Assembly (NCBI GenBank): GCA_030390025.1
Contig: CM059432.1
Location: 11,036,001-11,100,000 of the forward strand
Length of the DNA: 64,000 nt
Direction: 5' to 3'
Source of the DNA: Squalus acanthias
Lineage: Eukaryota
Shown: piece by piece, positions 1-11,672 of the stretch
How the letters are laid out: each line of letters opens with the position of its first letter
Numbering within the stretch: the first letter of the stretch is position 1
Made by a program: the position numbers and the translations under genes
The notes under the pieces: model-generated
The model's input: only the letters and a program-made list of their open reading frames with translations
Told to the model about the DNA's origin: nothing
Database searches by the model: none

Positions 1-373
1 CCATTCGGCCCTTTGAGCATGCTCCACCATTCAATATGATCATGGCTGATCCTCTATCTCAATACCATATTCCCGTTCTCTCCCCATACCCCTTGATGCC
101 TTTTGTGTCTAGAAATCTATCTATCTCCTTAAATATATTCAGTGACTTGGCCTCCACAGCTTTCTGTGGTAGAGAATTCCACAGGTTCATCACCCTCTGA
201 GCGAAGAAATTTCTCCTCATCTCAGTCCTAAATGTCCGACCCCGTATCCTGAGACTGTGACCCCTCGTTCTAGACCCCCCAGCCAGGGGAAACATCGTCC
301 CTGCATCCAGTCTGTCAAGCCCTGTCAGAATTTTATACGTTTCAATGAGATCCCCTCTCATTCTCCTAAACCC
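1..373 (-). mobile_element. CR1 LINE 3' fragment
   Basis: Minus-strand RRMRGDLIETYKILTGLDRLD...RTRGHSLRI...FAQRVMNLWNSLP, the CR1 ORF2 C-terminus, plus 3' UTR. Confidence 0.9.
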
Positions 374-705
374 AGCCAGGATGAAGGAACAACAATATAT
401 GCTCAAATCAGAATGGTGTGTGACTTGCCGAAGAAATTGGAGATGATGGTCTCTTTGCAGCATTACTGCTCTTGCCTTTCTCGATGGTAAAGGTTGCTTG
501 GGTAGGGAGATGCTGCTGCTGGAAACTTGGAGAGTTGCTGCAGTGCATCCTACAGCAGCCAGCGTACACCAGTGATGGTGGGGGTTAGATGTGGAGTCTA
601 GTGGTAGGCCGATACCAATCAAGCAAACTGCTCTGTCCTGGATGGTGTTGAGCTTATTGAGTGTTGTTGCATCTGCACCCATCCAAGCATAGTGAGTATT
701 CCGTC
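374..705 (-). mobile_element. LINE fragment of the same family as 48231-52266
   Basis: Nucleotide similarity to 48430-48735 (e.g. gagttgctgcagtgcatc, ctgtcctggatg..gttgagctt). Confidence 0.7.
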
Positions 706-1302
706 AGACTTCAGATTTAAGCTGGCTCTTCCCAGCGCTCCCACATAATTCAGTTGTTCAGGTGAATGCTCTATGCCATTTTTTTCAGCTAGGAGATGAT
801 TTTCCTGGTGTTCTGTTTGGTTGTCTGGCCAGTCCGAATTCACAACTCCATTGTAGCCAATGGGGGAAGTATAGTGATGTCACTAGCACAGCCATGACAC
901 GAGGGGAATTGCCATTGCCAAACTTGATTGAGATGAAAAGTTGATGCTTTTGTTTAAAAGAAAACACTTTTTATAAATATATATTTTTATGAATAAACAA
1001 ATAGAGTACTTTGAGGAAAATTACCTCCCATACTTTCCCCTGCAACTATTTCTGTCTGAATTCTTTGTGGAACTCATTTGAGCAGTTTCGCTCCCGTTCC
1101 TAATGGATCCAAGCCCATAGAATAAACTTTCTGCTATTACACAGAATTAAATTTGACACCATCATCACTTTGCAGCTTTAATGTCATATAACAGTAATAT
1201 ATGCTGTGATGAGGTTGATGTTTTGGAATATGAATGCATGTAGTATTTTCTGTGCACAAGTATCCTTTTTAGCTTGCCACTCCCTTCCAAAAAAAAGTAA
1301 AG

Positions 1303-2016
1303 GGCCTGGATTTTGCAGTCAGCGGCGAAGGGACGGCGTTCGCCGGTCACCTTGATGACAGCTGCTCTTTAGAGTGCAGACCGGCTCTCATCCGGCATCT
1401 ATTTCAGCACAGCACCCTCTATAGGCGTCTGAGCAGAACAAGAAACAGCGAGGCTCTTCAACCAATCAGATTGAAGAATTCTCACTGAGACACGCAGAGT
1501 CTAAACCAGGAAGTACTAAGCAGGAAATATAAATTAGATTTAAATGATGTACAGAAAGAAAAATAAAGATTGGGAAATACAGATGGGATTAAGGGAGAGA
1601 GATAAGAGATGGACAGAATTTTTTTTTTATTAAATCTAATTTTCTTCTGAGGGAATGAGACTCCACACTTACAAAACTAAATTTTAAGGGCCAGAGAGCA
1701 GTAATTATCACTTATCATGGCATTAAAAACTCATTTACTCCTGAATGCACCAGCCCTAACTTTTTCAGCCATTTTTAGTGCAGAACAAGTGGCCAAGTAC
1801 CTGAAGTTCACACCGTTGCATTCATTTCAGTGTGGAGTCTATCGACGACGTCTGCAACAGCGCACTCTGAAGGAGCGAGGTATCTCTGACAGAAACGTCT
1901 AGATTTCCGCGTTTAACTGCGCATGTGCATACTCCAAAAGTTGCAGTCAGATTTTCTCCATTTTTAATGGTGAGCGCTGTTGGCCTCACCGTTATTCTTA
2001 TCGCAAAATCCGGCCC
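1303..2016. mobile_element. Non-autonomous DNA transposon (MITE), Harbinger-like, family A copy 1
   Basis: TIRs ggcctggattttgc / gcaaaatccggccc with 3-bp TSD AAG on both sides. Colinear with 22187-22918. Confidence 0.8.
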
Positions 2017-2838
2017 AAGATTTCTCTTTAAGCTCATGTCTTGTGCTCTAAATATATATTAAATTTTGATTCATTTGCTCGGTGCTGCAGTTTTTGCATC
2101 TTCTATAGCTGTGAAGCTGATGTCAGTTATTGACCCAGTCCCCAACTGGCTGCTTTGGAAGCAACTCCCATCCTTGTTATTCATAGTATTTTGTAGCATA
2201 GGAGGGGAGACCACTTAGCTCATCATGCATGTGCCAACTCTTCCATTTCATTTCTAATTCTAGTTGCTAATTAAGGATACAAAAATTAACCTCTGTATCC
2301 TTTAATGTCAACCAAGTACACAACAGTACCTAGTTGATAGCAAATTTGTGTGGCTTAGATGGCTTCACATTATATTTTCTGATCACTTATCTGAAATCTG
2401 GTCAAAATTAGTCCATATTATAAGAATCCCATCAGTAAGCATTAGATAAACTTTGAATGGAAATCAGAAATCCTGAAATATCATCCCTTTGTTTATATGC
2501 TTGATCTAGTGAATTATTTCACGTAGGATGAAAACTAGGAACTGGGTTGAACAGAATGAAGTACGGTGATTTTCCTATTCGCTAACTGTTCCCCATGCCC
2601 TGCATCCTCATTCTTAAGCAGATGGGTTGTATTGATAAGGAATACTTTGCATAGGATTGTTCAACATTGCATCCATTTTTTGTGTACACATTAGAATTTT
2701 ATGATCATTCGTAGACCAGGAACCACTTTAAAATCAAATTTATCAACATACTTCACCATTGAAAACCTGAACTTAGAAATTTTGGTTATTTATATTACAA
2801 ATACTTAATGCTGAATTTTCCCTTAAAATTTATGTTAG

Positions 2839-2954
2839 ACTGCAGAATCGAGCTGTTTTTTAGCAAAGCCAGAAAATCTCTTCATTCGTCCTGGCGAAGA
2901 ATTGGAAGTTGTTGTTTCATTCACTCCACAGGATACTCAAAGTGAGATACAAAG
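2839..2954 (+). CDS. CEP192: CEP192 coding exon (1st in window; gene begins upstream)
   Basis: ttag|ACT acceptor, AG|gtacaa donor. Reads TAESSCFLAKPENLFIRPGEELEVVVSFTPQD, resembling vertebrate CEP192 NLLLKPGEEHEVIVSFTP. Ends in phase 2, matching the next exon. Confidence 0.88.
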
Positions 2955-2989
2955 GTACAACATTAACATCAACCTTTTTGTTTTGCAAT

Positions 2990-3625
2990 ATAGTTGATCT
3001 TCAGCCCCCTCTACAAACTCCATTTCCTTGTTCCCCCTCCTGGGCCACTGCCTCAGGCTCACCAAGACCATTACCATCCTGTTCAACATTGAACTTCCAA
3101 TATCCTTTCCTTCATGCAGACTGCTTACTGCCATCTCCACGCCACCTCCAGTCCTTCGCTGATGAACCCTTGTGTATGCCTGAATCATCTCCAGACTTGA
3201 CTACTTTTAGTTGGCTGTCCTTCCTTCATCTTCAATAAACTCCAACTTGTTAAAAACTCTGCCGTACACATTCTCTTCTGCACCAAATCATGCTCACTCA
3301 TCACTCCTGTCCTCGCTGACCCACATTCTCCTATTCCACAATTAAAATTCTTATCCTCCTCTTAAAATCTCTCCACCTGTCTTGCCCTATCCTATCTCTT
3401 GCTACCTTCAACTACCTGAGTCCTACTCTTAGGAATTCCCTAACTAAATCCCTTTGGCTCTCTACTTTGCTGTCCACTTTTAAAACTATCAGAACCCATT
3501 GCTTAAACCAGTCTGTTGGTCACCCCTCCTAACCTCTACTTTCTTGGTTCAGCATCCTTTCCTTATTTCCATCTGTGAAGTACATTGGGATATTCTTTAC
3601 GTTGAAGACACTGTATTAATGCTGT
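2990..3625 (+). mobile_element. Degenerate L2-like LINE 3' fragments
   Basis: Pyrimidine-rich tract with L2-type motifs (ctccaacttgttaaaaactctgc, catcactcctgtcctcgctgacc). Boundaries approximate. Confidence 0.55.
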
Positions 3626-4155
3626 TACAAGTTTCTAACCTATAATCTATTCAAATCCAGTAAACATTGCTACGTTTTACAGTCTTATTCTTGGCTCTAT
3701 TCTCATCACTGCAATCGTTTGTAGCTTGATAGGGTATAAAATGATTCTGGGTTTATTATTTACATCTGCAATAGGTTGCAGTAGCAAAGTTATATATAAA
3801 AGCATAGTTTTCTTGCTAAATTTTCCGATGCAAATTGCATCTGAATATTTAATAGCACAAGCTTCATCAGTATTCAGATCACAACGAAAGACGAGGAATC
3901 CATCTGATCAGGATATGTCCATTAAGCTTAACAACTAGTCATTTTGATCAATTCTCACCCATCTTTTCATCTTGTATCTCAATCTTTCTCTCCTTTCAAG
4001 TGCCACTCTCTATTTTCACTCTACTAAGAAACTTTAAAAAAAAAAAAAAAATTTAAATGGGTGTACAAATTGAAACTAGGGAAACCCAGATATTGATGAG
4101 GGAAAAGTCCTTTTAAATACTAAACGGTACTAAAGAATTGTCCTCTTCTTTCTAG

Positions 4156-4338
4156 CCATTTGACTATTCTGGTCCAGCCTTTTGGTCCCCAGTATGAAGT
4201 TGGTTTAAAAGGACTGCTTGGGAGACCTGAATCACTCCAATCCATCTCTTCATCTTCAAATTCCTCGGTTGATATACCACCAATTCTGTCCAACAAGCAA
4301 TTTATGTCGTGGGGAGGAGTTTCTCTTGGAAGGACAGT
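4156..4338 (+). CDS. CEP192: CEP192 coding exon 2 in window
   Basis: tctag|C acceptor, GT|gtaagt donor. Reads HLTILVQPFGPQYEVGLKG...DIPPILSNKQFMSWGGVSLGRT. Confidence 0.93.
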
Positions 4339-5050
4339 GTAAGTACCATTGTCATTGGCAACTAACTTTATTCTAAGGTGAAAGATGGCTGCATGTAGTG
4401 ACACCACTATTCCCGCCTACAATGGAGATGATTGGGTAATTACTCCGTCAATCACTGCTGTAAGTGACTGGGATTGATTTTATGCACATAATTTGTGTGT
4501 AACTATCCTCTCTGCATTTTGTTGGAGAAATCACGGTGCTTTTATCAGGAAAAGTTGCTGCAGTTTCAATCATGAGTTCTGTTTGGTGTCGTTCGTAGAG
4601 ACTCTTTGTAAATAGATTCTGTAAATAGACTTTGTTTGCTGTAAGTCTGCCCCCCACCCCCCTCAACTCATTGGCTGGCACAATGGTGTCAATAGATACT
4701 CTGAACTCTATCAGCATCTGTGAAAAGAGAGAAGACAAGTTAACATGTTGGATGTATTAAGTTTTTCTTCCTCTTGATCTTTTTCCTTCCATTTTCCCAT
4801 ATATAATTGCATCGCTGTGTTCATAAATTGTAGCTTGCTTTGTCACTGTATTCATATACGTTAAATGTATATAACCTGGTAAGGCAGTGAACCATGCTTT
4901 GACCAGATCACCCATTAACTCCTTTTCTGTAAACCATCAGTGAAATGGTTTTTCCCTTTTGCACCTTTTTTCTAGGTTACAAAGTTCTCTTTTAGCTAAC
5001 TTCTATGTTTTCTCATACTGATTTGAAATTGATTTTTTATTGTCTTGCAG

Positions 5051-5141
5051 TCAACAGAAGCTTATTCTCAGAAATAATTCTTCATCTGTTACACAGCAGT
5101 TACGTCTGTTAATTAAAGGTCAAGATCAAGATTGCTTCCAG
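5051..5141 (+). CDS. CEP192: CEP192 coding exon 3 in window
   Basis: ttgcag|T acceptor, CAG|gtaagt donor. Reads QQKLILRNNSSSVTQQLRLLIKGQDQDCFQ. Confidence 0.95.
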
Positions 5142-5609
5142 GTAAGTTTTTTAAGTAAAATGCTGCATCAATATGTGACTTGCATATGGAAACCAAAGGA
5201 ATTGCCACGCCCCAGGGATTTTTTTTTCCAGGAAGAAGAATTTCAATTAAGCTTCAAAACTTTATTTTTGCTTTTATGTTCTTCATTACTTTTTACAATT
5301 CTTCACTCTTTGCCCTCGCCACAAGGAACTGGTGTTTTAAAAATGTCCCAACGTAGGCCATCTTACGTTCCACCAAGTTGGACTGACTGATATTGCATCT
5401 GTCACTATGTTGTGGGTTACCTGTAAAATAGGTCAGGCTGAAAGTGAGCAAAATTGTGCAGCCACTCATTTTTAAGCTCATCCACCTGTAAAATGAAAAC
5501 CATGGGAAGATGCTAGTTTTGCGACTGGTGGAATTGAAATTTATCATCCTTAATGCATGAAACCGAATTACTGAAAGAATAAATATAAATAGTACACTGC
5601 TCTGGACTT

Positions 5610-5761
5610 ACGAGCTTTCGGAGCTGTTGCCCCTTCATCAGGTAAAGGGGCAACAGCTCCGAAAGCTCGTAATTTTAAATAAAACTGTTGGACTATAACC
5701 TGGTGTTGTGCGACTTCATTTTTGTCCACCCCAGTCCAACACCGGCATCTCCGCATCATGA
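5610..5761. mobile_element. Short Penelope-like terminal-repeat remnant with inverted 5' end
   Basis: Flanked by 9-bp TSD TCTGGACTT (5601-5609, 5762-5770). Contains a 28-bp perfect palindrome and a hammerhead core on the - strand. Confidence 0.7.
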
Positions 5762-6096
5762 TCTGGACTTGACCTGATCGAGAAAGAAATGCAGGTGGAC
5801 AAAAGTAGAGAATACAAAAAGTCAAGTCTGTAATTGAGTCCACCCAGTTTGATTCAGTTCTTTTCCCGTGGTTTTCTGTTGTGCTAAGGATAGCTTATAA
5901 ATATCTGTGCTTGAGCAAACACTGTACTTTCAGTCCACACTGTTATAAAATCGACACAGTTTTGCAAGACTTGAAGATTGATTTTTGCCATGGTTTTCAA
6001 ATGGTATATTTTCTATCTGCAGTCGTTCTGAAAATATTAGTCACGGCAATCTTGAACTTCTGAAATCAAGATTTTAATAAATGACTGTCTTTGTAG

Positions 6097-6276
6097 TTAC
6101 AGAGCACATTTGGTCCTGAAGAAAGGCTGAGTAGTAATCGTGAGTTGATGCTTTGCCCCAAAGAAGATGTCTGTGTGCATATTTTGTTTGCACCAACAAG
6201 GGTTACTTGCATGTTGGCAAGACTTGAAATTAAGCAGTCTGGGATACGTTCAACTCGACCAGGAGTAAAATTCACA
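6097..6276 (+). CDS. CEP192: CEP192 coding exon 4 in window
   Basis: ttgtag|TTA acceptor, ACA|gtatgt donor. Reads LQSTFGPEERLSSNRELMLCPKEDVCVHILFAPTRVTCMLARLEIKQSGIRSTRPGVKFT. Not shown in the ORF track. Confidence 0.95.
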
Positions 6277-6737
6277 GTATGTATATAGTAACTGCTCGAG
6301 GGGCCAAGTGGCCTATTCCTGCTCCTATTTCTTATGTTCTTATGTTCTTAAAGCCAAAAAAACAAGGAATGCTGTAAAACAGATTGTTACAAAGATTTTA
6401 GATTTGGTCTCTTCCATTTTGAAAGGTGCACGATATCTTAAGTTACTTTCCCGACAACAGGACCCCACCCTTCCCATCCAAAGCCCCACATGGCAAAAAG
6501 TCAAACCTGCAAGATCGTGCTCTTGGAGATAACTCCTGATGCAGTCAAACCAGAGGGACCATCGCCAAATTATCTTGATCCCCAAACAGAGCAGTGATGC
6601 AAACATGTTCACAATAGTACCAACAGCTCCAGTGTGTCTCCTTTAGGTATTCTATGTCAAAACTGTTGTCGAGATTAGGTTATCTCTGGTCTTTCAGATA
6701 ATCAGGATCGACTGCAAACCAATATGGTGGGAATATT

Positions 6738-7618
6738 GGGGGGAAAATTCAGTATCGCCCCATTTGGGGCGCAATTATTGGCCGGGCGCAAAGATTAGCG
6801 CCTGGCACTAATTATCGCCTCCGACTGCAAACTTGACTTTTATCGCCCCTGGAGGTGATTGGAGTGCTAAATCAGGCGCTACACATCTGTCTTAAGGCGC
6901 AAAGGCCGAGGAGCGAGGCGCTAACTCAGAGCGCTGGCGAAGCTCATGTGATATCAGTCAGCAATGGAACACAAACATAATGGTGCCGGCCAGTTCTTAA
7001 AGGGGAGGGTTGATCTTGCTTTCCATCCACATCCTGCTCATTGCAGCCTTGAATCTCGGCCTGGAGAGACCTGTACATCAAATCTGCTGGAAAGAACAAT
7101 GGAGAGAACCAGGGAAAGAGCTCAGAGTGCAACCCCCACAGTCTCTTCTAAATCGATACAAGGAAGGGAAAATCAAAATGAACCTGCAAAGTGCTGCTCA
7201 GTACCCAAAACTCCTTCACACCGCGTTGAATCTCTCCAGAAGTCTGTCTCTCTCTCTCAGAATGCGTGGTTCAAAAATGTCACCAACAAAAAAAGGCAGG
7301 AAGCGGTCGCCTTTAAATAGCGCTCCCCCAGTCCCTTCCTGACTGCAAAATGCTCCCCTCAACCTGTCGTTGCTAGCGGCAGGCGGTAAGGCAGGGGGCG
7401 CCACTCAATATCCGCTACCGGGGCGTTGCGCACTCGAATGACGTCAAGATCTGCCGGCGCAGGAGATCGTGGCGGTAGTGTTTAGCGCCGCCGCAAAATG
7501 TCTAGTTAATTTCGCGAGCGGCGCAAACATCGCCGCGCCTGGGCGCTAGTTGCTTTGCGCCCCATTAGCGCCCTCTTAAGGCGCTAACGGGAGGCGCAAC
7601 CAACTGAATTTTTCCCCC
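6738..7618. mobile_element. CpG-rich MITE, Harbinger-like
   Basis: 16-bp TIRs ggggggaaaattcagt / actgaatttttccccc, 3-bp TSD ATT, dense subterminal GGCGC/GCGCC motifs. Confidence 0.8.
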
Positions 7619-7635
7619 ATTGTGTTTAATCAGAG

Positions 7636-8682
7636 TGTAAGATAGAATATAACACACTAGTTATACAGTAAAAACATATGACCGTGATAAGCAGCTGGTA
7701 CTGGTCCCGATTGGGCAGATGGCTGGCGTGCGCGAACAGTTCTCCGGCTTACAGCCTTTCTTCCTCTCGTCTAGAATCTCCAAGAATGGGTCCACTCCCG
7801 GAAGAGTGTTGGACCAGCCCCACTCTTGTATGGCTCTCCCCGCCACCGTCTGTGCTAAAGGCTTTTCGGGTCTTGCTTTTATTCTCTTTTTAGGGGTGGG
7901 CCTGATGTATAATATGGACAGGACCATTTAACCTGTAAGGGTTCTTTGTAACCCAAGGTGCCCAATGGCACGTCAAGTTCTTTGTCTCAACTTTCAGATG
8001 AAAACCCTCCCCTAAGGGGTCTCATGCTTTTCTCTCATGCCTTTCCTGTTTATACATTCTGAAGGCCCCATCCATCTAATTTCTTCCTATCACTCTTGTC
8101 CCAATCCTCCCAAGTTTGGAGTCAGACACGCCATTCTCGGCCTTTGTAGCTGCTTGTTATCAGTTATTTATGTTCACGCTGTTCATGTAGCTTTAGCTAT
8201 GCAAAACTATTTCATTCCATTATCAGACTATTGTACCATGGAATGAATCATTAAATTCCCAATTCTATTCTATTCTCATACACTGGTTAACTTACGCATT
8301 TTAAAGCAGCTTTGTTGAACAAAGTCAAAATCCTAACTTGGCATTATAATATGGTTATTAGCAGTAATGGTAGAAACCTAGGCGTTGGGCCTTAGTTTGG
8401 TCAAATTAAAGATACATAAAACAAAGTTGAAATCCTAACTTACAAACAGCAGATAGCTAGCCTGGAAACAAGGTCATATATGACCGTCACGGTGCAGAAT
8501 GTTATAACATCCGCAGGGAACCAAAAACTTAAGCAAATTCTAAGCATCTATCCAGCTATTCTAATACTAGTCTGAAGACGCACTTTTGTCTCAAGTTCTA
8601 ATAGTCATGTAAACACAGTCTTATTCGTGTCACAATTTAATTTGCATAACCCTATATATTTTGGATAGCCTAATTTCTAACA
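7636..8682 (-). mobile_element. Possible solo LTR
   Basis: Ends TGTAAGA...TCTAACA (TG..CA, short imperfect inverted termini). AT-rich U3-like part and AATAAAA on the - strand. No clear TSD. Confidence 0.35.
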
Positions 8683-9254
8683 CTGTACAGTGACTTCACA
8701 AAATAGTTTTTTTTCCTGAATGAAAAATGGGGGCGGGGAGTAGAATTTCCCTATAAGCCAGCTATTAAAACAACCGAGTGTTGGTTCCATTTTTAACTCT
8801 ATTAAAATGCTTCTTTACAGTTCCTGTTATCCTCTCCACAAGGATATTGGTCCCAGCTCTATTCAGGTGTAGGCCATCTGATTTGTGCTGCTCACTCCTG
8901 CCACAGAACTGGTCAGAGTGCTCTAGGACTCTGACGTGTCTCTAACCATGAATTTATTTCTCTAATCGATCTGTTCCTGTACCGACTCGTATATGACACT
9001 GGTAGTAATCTTGAGGTTACCACTTTTAGATTCCTGCTTCTTAATCGACATCCTAACTCCTGAAATTTTTTCTTGCAAGATTTAATCCTGTTCTTCCCTA
9101 CAAAAAAGTAGACCAAAAAAGGCCTAGAGAAGTTTTAGAAATTATAAAATGAAAGTAAGCATGTTAGAAGACATATGTGAACAGAGCAGAAACTATAGCA
9201 GTCTTCTAATACTAATCTGTATTAATTAACTCTAAATTTTATTGAAGGTTCCTT

Positions 9255-9562
9255 GGGCAACACGGTGGCATAGTGGTTAGCACTGTTGCCTCACAGCGCC
9301 AGGGACCCGGGTTCGAGCCTCGGGTGACTGTCTGTGTGGAGTTTGCACATTCTCCCCGTGTCTGCGTGGGTTTCCTCCGGGTGCTCCGGTTTCCTCCCAC
9401 TGTCCAAAGATGTGCGGGTTAGGTTGATTTGGCTATGATAAATTGACCCTTAGTGTTAGGGGGATTAAATATGTGGGGTTACGGGGATCGGGTGGGATAT
9501 GTGTCGGTGCAGGCTCGATGGGCCGAAATGGCCTCTATCTGCACTGTGGGGATTCTGTGATT
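9255..9562 (+). mobile_element. tRNA-derived V-SINE (HE1-like)
   Basis: A box TGGCATAGTGG, B box GGTTCGA, V-domain tgtggagtttgcacattctccccgtgtctgcgtgggtttcctccgggtgctccggtttcctccca, CR1-like tail. Confidence 0.9.
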
Positions 9563-9751
9563 GTGACTGGTAACCGATTCATGCATTACACAGATGACCC
9601 ATGTAACTCCCAAGAAAGTTGACCAAAACATTAGACAAGATTGCAATTATATTGTAGACTCTACAAGCAACCAATAAATTAAGATTAATCGTGCGCTTTG
9701 TACTAAAGCTATTAAAGCTTTAAAATGTTGATTTTAAAGTTTTTTTTCCAG

Positions 9752-10012
9752 ATTCCACTTTCAGGTTATGGAGGAACAAGCAACATTATATTGGAAGATG
9801 TTAAAAAACTATCAGGCAGCTATGTGGTGAATTTAAACAATATCCAGTCAGACAAAGTGAGCCAGATCACTTTCTGTATGAGAAATACAGGCTCTCGGGC
9901 TGCTTATGTCAAGGCAGCTTGTTTCACGGATTCACAGATAAAAACTTTTATGAGCACCAATGCTATAAATGTTTCTCCAGCCCAATTTGTACTCAAGGAA
10001 CGGACTCGAGAG
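9752..10012 (+). CDS. CEP192: CEP192 coding exon 5 in window
   Basis: ttccag|ATT acceptor, GAG|gtaaga donor. Reads IPLSGYGGTSNIILEDVKKLS...MRNTGSRAAYVKA...FVLKERTRE. Confidence 0.96.
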
Positions 10013-10286
10013 GTAAGATAATGTGTCGTAAAGAACAACAATAACTTGTAACTAATGTAATAGACCACCTTCTGATGTTACCGATAAGCTTTGAAACCAA
10101 TTTAAAAGCAAAATTGTATGTGATAGATTGAGGCATACAAATAGGAATTCCCTCCATCCAATGCTTGAAGGGGAATCGTTCTAAGATACGGTTTCTCCAT
10201 TTTATTTTTAAACTTCAGGCGATATCGCTTTCCCAAGCCTTGTTTTGAGCTCGATCTTGAGCTTAAGCTATTCAGATCACTCCACT

Positions 10287-10520
10287 ATAATAGCAAAATG
10301 CTGCGGATGCTGGAAATCTGAAATAACAACAGAAAATGCTGGAAATACTCAGCAGGCCAGGCAGTATCCGTGGAGAGAGAAACAGAGTTAACATTTCAGG
10401 TCTGGGACCCTTCATCAGAACTGGAAAAAGCTGGAGATGTAACAGATATTAAGCAGGTGCGGGGGTGGGGGGGGTTTAGGAGGGGAGGAAGGAATTGAAA
10501 GAATATACTGTGCTTATGTA
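10287..10520 (-). mobile_element. Penelope-like terminal-repeat fragment
   Basis: Reverse complement of the 46100-46240 terminus. Flanked by 13-bp TSD AGATCACTCCACT (10274-10286, 10521-10533). Confidence 0.75.
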
Positions 10521-11491
10521 AGATCACTCCACTCATGGCTGTGAACATCTCTTGCAGCAGTAAGTGCTTGGTCACTCTAGTGGGTTTCCTAGGCAGCCTC
10601 CATTCTTGTCTAAAGCATTTTTGTCTTGTTTTATCTGCTTAAGAGAATAACGGTTGTAGCACCGCAGGAGCCAAGCTCTTCCTGAAGGTGCAGGTTCTCG
10701 GAGATCTGCCTTCAGTATTTTGTGCTGCAGTGATATACTTCCTAATTATACATGTTTAGATTGCTTATTAGAGCTATAGTCATTCTCATTCTGTGGATAA
10801 GTTCAGCCTCCACATACAGAACTCCCTGCTGATCGACCATTCATCTTTGTCCGTTGTGGTATGGGCTTGGATTTGTGGCTTTTGTATACCTTTTACTAGT
10901 ACTTGATATTTTCCACGTTTTCATATTTTTACGGTTTAGACCTTTCACAATTCACACTGATTTTATCGCTAGTTGATCTCCTCTATACTGAAATTATACA
11001 GACATACTTCAGTGCTCTCATTATGGTGTGTTGCTCTAGAACTGTTGATATGCTCAGCATAACCGAGATCAGATCACCTGACTTGAAGTGTCAAAATTAA
11101 CAGCAGCTGTATCTCCGAGTAATTCACAATGAGGCTGGAAGGAATTCAATTTGTATGTAGATGTCAAAATTCCTCAAAGAAGCGTATTTTTTTTTCCTGA
11201 TGAGTAAGATGCCATTATCTAACTTGAGTTGTAATTGATTTTTTTTTTTTAAGTTCAGCCTCCCCATATAAAGTACTCTGCTAAACTAATTTCTCTTCAA
11301 CTTGATGTGGCTTGGAGTAGTGTTCTATTTTATTTTTCGATATTAGTGAGCTTTGGCTGCTATTTGGGGATCGTAAGATGGTCTCCACGCAAGGAACTAA
11401 GCGTCAAACCAAAATAGAGACCATGTGTACACATGGCAGAGTTGAAGAAATTAATTTCATTGCTCAGGGATGCAAATGTCTTCAAGAGATA

Positions 11492-11672
11492 GAAAGGACT
11501 TGAATTTTTATAGCGCCTTTCACAACCTCTGGACGTCCCACAGCATTTTACAGCCAATGAAGTACTTTTTGAAGTGTAGCCACAGTTGTAATGTAGGAAA
11601 CTCAGCAACCAATTTGCACACAGCAAGTTCCCACAAACAGCAATGTGATAATGAACGGATAATCTTTTTTTA
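11492..11672 (-). mobile_element. Deu-domain SINE 3' fragment
   Basis: Matches the 3' half of the full copies at 31628-32076 and 59979-60442. Confidence 0.8.

Noticed and set aside
4120..4738. Two minus-strand ORFs with an apparent acceptor (ctcttttcacag|ATG at ~4717), suggesting an antisense gene overlapping a CEP192 exon
   Set aside because: No recognisable protein. The acceptor-like sequence resembles a decayed copy of the PLE terminus (cagcatctgtggagagaga...gttaac), and the other ORF is partly the antisense shadow of the exon.
6738..7618. CpG-island-like stretch with ORFs 6964-7320 and 7010-7342 as a possible internal promoter or gene
   Set aside because: Bounded exactly by TIRs and a TSD, so it is a MITE. 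The ORFs show no recognisable homology.
9255..9330. tRNA-like A/B boxes (also at 28309, 49398 and ~17750)
   Set aside because: These are SINE heads that run on into SINE bodies, with no complete cloverleaf. They are not tRNA genes.
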